Shown piece by piece: positions 26,409 to 32,000 of a DNA stretch of 32,000 nt. The notes below the pieces were generated by a model, which was not told where the DNA came from, ran no database searches, and worked only from the letters and a program-made list of their open reading frames with translations. How positions within the stretch are numbered: position 1 is the first letter of the stretch; every line of letters begins with the position of its first letter. Location of the stretch: positions 390,001 to 422,000 of the forward strand of contig OY969425.1 in assembly GCA_963699255.1 (NCBI GenBank), given 5' to 3'. The translations under genes and the position numbers were made by a program. The DNA comes from an uncultured bacterium (GTDB taxonomy: Bacteria > Margulisbacteria > WOR-1 > CAVSGV01).

Positions 26409-27677
26409 ATGAGACCGGAAGTTATCACATCGTTATTCTGTCCATCGTGCGGCGCGGGACTGGATGTTTCCTATGTGCCCGATCTTGTATCCGCGCGGGA
26501 AGGCCGGGAGGTTATGTTCGGCGTTGCCGCATGCAAGTGCCGCGAATATCCTATTGTAAGCGGGATACTGATATACAAGGACATGAAGCCGTCCAGGGCC
26601 GCTATTGATGCAATAAAAAAGGCTGGAACGGACCGTGATCTTGAGAAGACTGTCATGTTGTTCATGGGTGAAAGATTCGTCAACTTCGCGCTTAACCTGG
26701 AATCATTTTTCCATAAGTTGTTCGGTAAAAGATCCGGCATGAGCTTCTGGAAGCTAGCCACCTTCATAGAGAACAGCCCATTCGCGACTTACGCAAAGTA
26801 CCGTTTTTCCTGCCCAAGCCTGATATCTGCGATGCCTTTCTTCCCGCTAATAAAGGAAGCTCTGCCCGGCGGCGGAAGGATCCTTGACCTTGGATCGGGA
26901 ATGGGGCATCTATCGTATCTCATTTCCGGGCATTTTGGATCAAAGGACCTGTTTTGCGTCGATATAAGTTTTCGGGGGCTTTATTTTACAAAAAGGTTCA
27001 TGGCGGGGAAGGAGGCAAGCTGCATTCTTCTGGATGCAAAAGAGAAGCTTCCTTTTACCGACAGTTCCTTTAAGGTCATAGTTTCAATGGATGCGCTTCA
27101 ATATATCGAGGAAAAGGAGCTGTGCGCCAAAGAACTTGACAGGGTGATGATGAAGGACGGGCTCATGCTTTTCGTGCATATCCACAACAAGCTGGTCCCG
27201 GGCATAGCGGCGGGCAGGCCTCTAACACCAGATGGTTACCGCGCGCTGTTCCCTGCTGATTACACTTTTCGCTTTTTCACGGAGGTCGGATTGATGCGCA
27301 ATATGTTCTCCGGAAGAGGAGTGGACGTGCAGGCCAGCAACCCTATGGATAAGGTCAACGCTTCGGAAGCCATAGCGTTCGTCGGATCGCGGGATGGAAG
27401 ATATTTCAAGAAATACGGGAGTTATTTTGATCTTCCCCGTGAATTCGGGAAGTATATCCTTAATCCTTTGTACAGAAAACGAAGGGGAAAATATGTCCGT
27501 GTTTTCCCTGCCGAGCGTTATGAGGAAGAATACTCTTTGATCAAGGACTTCTTTCCGTCATCGGTCGATCCTCTTCTTCCGGAAGAGGACTTGAAGAGAA
27601 AGCTAGTGTTGATACCGGTGCCTGAAAACTACATGAAAGATAATGAGCAGCTTAATTATATCCGGCTCTGGAGATAA
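26409..27677 (+). CDS. SAM-dependent methyltransferase with N-terminal Trm112-like zinc-ribbon segment
   Basis: N-terminal LFCPSCGAGLDVS...CKCREYPIVSGILIY; methyltransferase motifs RILDLGSGMGHLSYLIS, VIVSMDALQYIEEKELCAKELDRVMMKDG. Confidence 0.85.
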   Translation: MRPEVITSLFCPSCGAGLDVSYVPDLVSAREGREVMFGVAACKCREYPIVSGILIYKDMKPSRAAIDAIKKAGTDRDLEKTVMLFMGERFVNFALNLESFFHKLFGKRSGMSFWKLATFIENSPFATYAKYRFSCPSLISAMPFFPLIKEALPGGGRILDLGSGMGHLSYLISGHFGSKDLFCVDISFRGLYFTKRFMAGKEASCILLDAKEKLPFTDSSFKVIVSMDALQYIEEKELCAKELDRVMMKDGLMLFVHIHNKLVPGIAAGRPLTPDGYRALFPADYTFRFFTEVGLMRNMFSGRGVDVQASNPMDKVNASEAIAFVGSRDGRYFKKYGSYFDLPREFGKYILNPLYRKRRGKYVRVFPAERYEEEYSLIKDFFPSSVDPLLPEEDLKRKLVLIPVPENYMKDNEQLNYIRLWR

Positions 27678-28792
27678 GAATCAATAAGGTTCGCGATTAT
27701 TTTTGATGCTCCCGGCTTGCCCATTCTTTCCATTCCCGCAGCGGCCATTCTCTTCATCTTCTTTTTGTTCCGCAAAAGGGACAATGCTTCGCCGGCGATA
27801 ACGCTGGAGCTTCTTGGCAGAAGCATTAAAGCCTCTCCGAGAAGTTCTTTCTGGGCTGACGCGAATTTGCGGTTATACTGCGCGCCTCTTCCCGGGAAAG
27901 AAATAACGGGCCTGCCAAGGCCGGCGGCCTGCTCATTCCCGGTCCCGGAGAGCCCGATGATTATGCTTGATGCTGAAAGCACACTCCGAAAGTTATTGAC
28001 CAGTTTTATCTTAACAGGCGCTTTTATCTTTGATATTTGTCCCATATCCAGGGTTTCCGGCACTGACAGCGCGAATTTGACCTTCTTGTCTATATTGTGG
28101 ATCTGCCCGGCGATCCTATAAAAACCCTCTATGTTCTTATAAGCGTCTTCCCTGGTACCAGGCAGAAATCCTATGACACTTTTTCCGCCTTTTCTCGCAC
28201 CTCGCATCTCACGCTTGCCCCGACCTAAGTGTCGGGGTCTCGCGTCTCTTTTTATTAGATCCATCATAGGATTACCGGCATACGTTGTTCTGATCCCGGA
28301 TCGTTGCAGGACATCAGCGGTCTTCTTATCCCTTGCGAAGACCAGCATGCTGTATTTTTTGAGAAGATGCTTTTCAAGCCATGTGTAATTGAAGGCCAGT
28401 TTCTTGTAGTGTTCGGACTTGTTGACGCCTACGAAAACAAATTTGCATCCGGAAATTATCGAATAGACGATGGGGACTATATCGCCGATGCCGATAACAA
28501 GAGCATATTCCCATTTGTTCTTATTAAGTGCCCGGATCTGCGCGGTTATCTTGCCTATAATGCCCGAGAAGAGGTCTTTCATAAGATATGAGAAATTCCT
28601 CAGCCCGAACCCACCGCCGGGCAGGGTATTTTTGGGGCCTATCAAATTTACGCCAAGGCTCTTGAAAGCATCTCCCTTGCCAATAACGGGCATAACATCG
28701 ATCAGGTTTTTTTTCAGTCTCAGATCCCGGATTATCCTGGCTGCGACAATGTCCTCGCCGTGTCCGTTCGTGATGAAAAGAATTTTTTTCAT
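27656..28792 (-). CDS. Lipid-A-disaccharide synthase (LpxB)-like GT-B glycosyltransferase
   Basis: ILFITNGHGEDIVAARIIRDL, GNPMMD, VIGFLPGTREDAYKN, IIIGLSGTGNEQAAGLGRPVISFPGRGAQYNRKFA. Confidence 0.8.
   Translation of the reverse strand: MKKILFITNGHGEDIVAARIIRDLRLKKNLIDVMPVIGKGDAFKSLGVNLIGPKNTLPGGGFGLRNFSYLMKDLFSGIIGKITAQIRALNKNKWEYALVIGIGDIVPIVYSIISGCKFVFVGVNKSEHYKKLAFNYTWLEKHLLKKYSMLVFARDKKTADVLQRSGIRTTYAGNPMMDLIKRDARPRHLGRGKREMRGARKGGKSVIGFLPGTREDAYKNIEGFYRIAGQIHNIDKKVKFALSVPETLDMGQISKIKAPVKIKLVNNFRSVLSASSIIIGLSGTGNEQAAGLGRPVISFPGRGAQYNRKFASAQKELLGEALMLLPRSSSVIAGEALSLLRNKKKMKRMAAAGMERMGKPGASKIIANLIDSYLQSRI
28218..28237. repeat. GC-rich palindrome inside an ORF
   Basis: CCCCGAC CTAAGT GTCGGGG: perfect 7-bp stem with a 6-nt loop, encoding RPRHLGRG in the LpxB-like ORF. 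Confidence 0.7.
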
Positions 28793-29793
28793 TGCAACAT
28801 TCCTTTTATCGTTTCAACGATCTTAAGGGTAGGGGAGCCGGTAAGTCCCACGCCGGCTGATGCCATCAGCTCCTCTTTCCTGCTTTGTTCCAGAATGGCC
28901 GGGTTGCGCGTTAACTCTTCAATAGCTCCGGACAGCATTCCGGCGCTATCAAAGAAATACGCGCCAAAGGCTTTTGCCCCGTTTGGGATCGGGGATCTGG
29001 CGTTGAACCGCGCGGAAAGTATTTCATTCATTTTTGGATTGGGGCCTTTAATGAATATTACCGGCACATTAAAATACATGGCTATCAATTCGATCGTTCC
29101 CGGCTGGTTCGAGACCAATATATCCGATCTTCTTACCGCATCAATGCATTTTTTAATGTGGTCATTGTCAAAACTGTTCGACAAAATAATGTTGTTCCCG
29201 TATTCCTTCCTGTTCTTGTGCGTGGTTAAAAGTTTGACAAGGATATTTATATCTTTGATCGAACGCAGGTTCTCCATTATTTCTGCATTGCTCGGATCGT
29301 TGTATGCGTGATCTCCGATGGAATGCGCCGGCGCAAAAAGGATATTCACACCTTTGTGACGGATCCTTTCATTTTTGAGACCGTCAAAAAAAGGGCAGCC
29401 TGTCAAGACTACTCTTTCAGGGGGAAAACCTCCCTGTATCATCCTTTCATGATCTCGCGTACCCCAGACGCAGATCTTGTCCGCCAGCATCTTAAAGCTG
29501 ATAGGCCGCAAATAATCCTGGATCGCTCCTCTGCCGTGTTGAACTACTACTATGGGGATGGCTCTTTCTTTTGCCTCTGATGCGAATCTCAGGCCGTTCC
29601 CGACCACATCCTGGAAAAGAACGGCGACTCGGGCTTTTTTCAGGCTTGTAGTAAGGAAGTACGGCTTGATCCTGTCCATCACGCCGCCCCTGTTAGTTAA
29701 GAATATCCTCGGGTTGCTGAAGGCATCAGGCCTTTTATTGATAAAAGGGATTGTTTCAAGCATCGGTCGCGGGTTTAGATCCTTTATGGCCAA
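28789..29793 (-). CDS. GT-B-like protein resembling the UDP-GlcNAc 2-epimerase / CDP-glycerol transferase superfamily
   Basis: IPIVVVQHGRG, KICVWGTRDHERMIQGGFPPERVVLTGCPFFD, ILFAPAH, SDILVSNQPGTIELIAMYFNVPVIFI. Confidence 0.65.
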   Translation of the reverse strand: MAIKDLNPRPMLETIPFINKRPDAFSNPRIFLTNRGGVMDRIKPYFLTTSLKKARVAVLFQDVVGNGLRFASEAKERAIPIVVVQHGRGAIQDYLRPISFKMLADKICVWGTRDHERMIQGGFPPERVVLTGCPFFDGLKNERIRHKGVNILFAPAHSIGDHAYNDPSNAEIMENLRSIKDINILVKLLTTHKNRKEYGNNIILSNSFDNDHIKKCIDAVRRSDILVSNQPGTIELIAMYFNVPVIFIKGPNPKMNEILSARFNARSPIPNGAKAFGAYFFDSAGMLSGAIEELTRNPAILEQSRKEELMASAGVGLTGSPTLKIVETIKGMLQ

Positions 29794-31726
29794 TATAGCT
29801 TACAACGAACTTTGAATGTCCCCTCCAGAGCTGTTTTGTCGTGTCGTCGGTTTCGCAGAGCGAATTGTAGATCCTGAAATAATACGAGCTTTTTGTCTCC
29901 TCATAATGGAGCAGCTGCGCGGAGTAGAGCTTTGATTTGTCGGTAACCAGCGTAATACCCTTGTCCTTGTCGGAAATATCCACCCAACCCCCGGTGGCTC
30001 CGAGGCAGTGGCTTGAGGATACCCTTGGATCGTCGGTCTGGGTCTCATTGATCTTTATCCCTTTAACGAAATAGGTTTCAATGTCATAGCCCCCGTTAAC
30101 GGTGGAATATCTCAGCGTCTCCTTTTCAAAAGCCTCAGGGTTCAAGGTCAGCATGCCGCACCTGAAAAAGTAGGGGAGAAGGTCGCGGAACCTGAAATCG
30201 TATTCTATGTCAACCCTCGGTTCGTTCACGTGAACGTAAATTGTCTTCCAGAGGTCGCCTCCGGCGATCGGTATCTTGCATGTGACAGGTACCCTACCGG
30301 CATGTTTGGAAAGATCTTCAGGCAATATCAGCTGTGTCTGTTCCAGGTCCGTCGATTTCTTGTTCCCGTCTTCCTGTATGATCGTGTGCCCGGTGTACTG
30401 GTCGGTAGAGAAGCTTATCTGGTCGTAATAATCATGCGGGATGGTGCCGGCCATATGTGTATCATGTATCTTCGGGAATGTGAGTTTCTTTATGGCGCCG
30501 CCCCGCCTGCTCATGAGCTCGATCCTGACATGCGGGGTGATGATCGTTTCGCCTTCGATTTTGACGCCGCCTTTTGAAGCCCTGATCACCGCGGGAGCGG
30601 TCTTGTCGAACTTCGCAGTGATGTTATCCAGATACCCGAGCTTATTCCGGAGCTCCGTATATTTTTCATCCGTGGTGAACGTCCTGAAGTCGCTAGCAAA
30701 AAGATAGCATAGCTTATCCCACATCTCCCTGGTGGCCTTTTTACCCGCATTTGATAGCCTTTCATACAGTTTGAAGCACTGGGTGTTCACTCTGGTGTTA
30801 TCCCTGCCGCAGACAGCCCATCTTGTCACGTTATATTTCGCCTGTTTTTTCACGACAACGGGATACTGGGGAAAGCCGACCTCGACCTCTTTTTTGGGAG
30901 GTATCTTTTTGATGGCCGTTGAAGGCGTTACAACTTCGATACCTTTGGTCTTTTCGAGCCCGGCGAAAAGATCTTCTAGTCTCTTGAGGTCGCCCTGATA
31001 GTCGAACGGCTTGTATAAAAAGTCGGAGCTTCCGGGAGAATAATTGAATATCTCCCAGTCGGACCCGTATAGCGGAAAAGCTCTGTCTTGAGCATTTGAT
31101 CTTTGAGCGTTAAGATATTCAATGTAATCATCAAGAGTGATTTCGTTCTTTATGTAGCGTTGGAACTTCTGGAAGGCTATCGAGCTGTTCCAGATTAGAC
31201 GGATCTTCTGGTCGTCGGTGCCTTTGAGAAGGAGAGGGGAGTATTTGAATTCCGCGGGAAAGTTGCCGAACTCCTGTGAGTTATCCCAGTCAAGCACAGT
31301 GGCCCCGTATCCGCCTTTTTTGATTACTTTTACAAGGCCTTTTGAGTAAACCTGTTCGTTGAGATAGAAGATTTCCGGGATGAAACCGAGTATCTTTTTA
31401 TAAACGCGGTTGCCCATCTCGATGTTATGCTGATTCACCTCCGCCGGTATCAGCGGCATGATGTTCTGCGAATAGCCGGAGCCGATAACCTCGCATTTTC
31501 CTTGAGCGCATCTGGATTTGAGTCCCGTGATGAAGCCTTTGTCCAGCGATGCTATCTTTTCCATGGTGTAAGCGGGGAATTCCAGGCCGAGGGCGACATC
31601 ATATTTGTCCAGCATTTTAAGGACGGGCCAGTAGCATTTCTCGATCATCGCCGGGTACTGGAATTCCGGGATGCTTGAGAATTGCAGGTTGGCGTGAAAG
31701 AACGTATATAAATAAAGTTTGCTCAT
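29756..31726 (-). CDS. Glycoside hydrolase family 57-like protein (alpha-amylase/alpha-mannosidase-like)
   Basis: GH57-like segments: GKCEVIGSGYSQNIMPLIP, PEIFYLNEQVYSKGLVKVIKKGGYGATVLD, FPLYGSDWEIFNY, and a C-terminal beta-rich domain. Confidence 0.7.
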   Translation of the reverse strand: MSKLYLYTFFHANLQFSSIPEFQYPAMIEKCYWPVLKMLDKYDVALGLEFPAYTMEKIASLDKGFITGLKSRCAQGKCEVIGSGYSQNIMPLIPAEVNQHNIEMGNRVYKKILGFIPEIFYLNEQVYSKGLVKVIKKGGYGATVLDWDNSQEFGNFPAEFKYSPLLLKGTDDQKIRLIWNSSIAFQKFQRYIKNEITLDDYIEYLNAQRSNAQDRAFPLYGSDWEIFNYSPGSSDFLYKPFDYQGDLKRLEDLFAGLEKTKGIEVVTPSTAIKKIPPKKEVEVGFPQYPVVVKKQAKYNVTRWAVCGRDNTRVNTQCFKLYERLSNAGKKATREMWDKLCYLFASDFRTFTTDEKYTELRNKLGYLDNITAKFDKTAPAVIRASKGGVKIEGETIITPHVRIELMSRRGGAIKKLTFPKIHDTHMAGTIPHDYYDQISFSTDQYTGHTIIQEDGNKKSTDLEQTQLILPEDLSKHAGRVPVTCKIPIAGGDLWKTIYVHVNEPRVDIEYDFRFRDLLPYFFRCGMLTLNPEAFEKETLRYSTVNGGYDIETYFVKGIKINETQTDDPRVSSSHCLGATGGWVDISDKDKGITLVTDKSKLYSAQLLHYEETKSSYYFRIYNSLCETDDTTKQLWRGHSKFVVSYIGHKGSKPATDA

Positions 31727-31761
31727 TCAGTATATTCTATAATTATTCGATTCCGTTGTCG

Positions 31762-32000
31762 CTATGCAATCCGTTTTTTTATCCACGCGTGATCCGGGTC
31801 GTCAAAAGGGGACAGCTTCCTTTTGTCGCCCGCCAGGATCCACAGGTAATAAAGGCTGTATCCGGGCGCCGCGACGACGGGATGGTATCCTTTCGGGATC
31901 ATTATTATGTCATCGTTCCTGATAGTGAACGTTCTATCGAAGCCTTTCCCGTATATCCTCTGAAGACCGAAACCCTGCGGCGGAGAAATGCGGAAATAAT
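31762..32000 (-). CDS. iolB: 5-deoxy-glucuronate isomerase (IolB)-like protein, C-terminal fragment (truncated by window edge)
   Basis: Reverse translation from the TAG at 31762-31764 gives RISPPQGFGLQRIYGKGFDRTFTIRNDDIIMIPKGYHPVVAAPGYSLYYLWILAGDKRKLSPFDDPDHAWIKKRIA. The GFGLQRxY, GYHPV..APGY.LYYLWxxAG and DPDHxWI motifs are characteristic of IolB. Confidence 0.85.
   Translation of the reverse strand, partial: YFRISPPQGFGLQRIYGKGFDRTFTIRNDDIIMIPKGYHPVVAAPGYSLYYLWILAGDKRKLSPFDDPDHAWIKKRIA

Noticed and set aside
26159-26428. 89-aa minus-strand ORF spanning the right hairpin pair
   Set aside because: Overlaps both divergent methyltransferase starts and translates the palindromes (TRNLRLKVAVPF..., KEPRVLLSGSLT). 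Better explained as a non-coding intergenic element.
1-32000. CRISPR arrays, tRNAs, rRNAs, integrases or transposases
   Set aside because: No regularly spaced direct repeats, no RNA gene signatures noticed by eye, and no ORF resembling a recombinase or transposase. A tRNAscan/Infernal run would be needed to exclude small RNAs.

Overview
This looks like an ordinary-density bacterial chromosomal region, mainly envelope and glycan biosynthesis. No phage, CRISPR, toxin-antitoxin, transposase, tRNA or rRNA genes were recognised. + strand 2-7026: two back-to-back ABC export systems. The first is YbhGFSR-like: adaptor tail, two separate ATPase genes, two ABC-2 permeases. The second is MacAB-like: HlyD-type adaptor, LolD/MacB-type ATPase, FtsX/MacB-type permease. 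- strand 7048-9661: thioredoxin reductase, LptC/LptA-like LPS export genes with an apparent frameshift, and a TPR lipoprotein-like or membrane protein. - strand 9781-26211: a long, tightly packed glycan cluster with multiple GT2 and GT4 glycosyltransferases, a Dpm1-like GT plus ArnT-like GT-C, a second GT-C-like membrane protein with a small partner, two DegT/DnrJ aminotransferases, an SDR epimerase/dehydratase and a SAM methyltransferase. + strand 26409-27677: a Trm112-like/SAM methyltransferase. - strand 27656-32000: an LpxB-like glycosyltransferase, a GT-B/epimerase-like protein, a GH57-like protein and the C-terminus of an IolB-like isomerase. The most notable non-coding signal is a family of four related, covarying hairpins with a conserved bulged A. 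They form two inverted pairs (9689-9755 and 26246-26332) that bracket the glycan cluster. Other points of interest are a GC-rich palindrome inside an LpxB-like ORF, an apparent lptC frameshift, and a GH57-like protein lacking the usual N-terminal HxHQP-type motif. I do not see solid evidence for a wholly new system; the hairpin family is the best candidate for follow-up.
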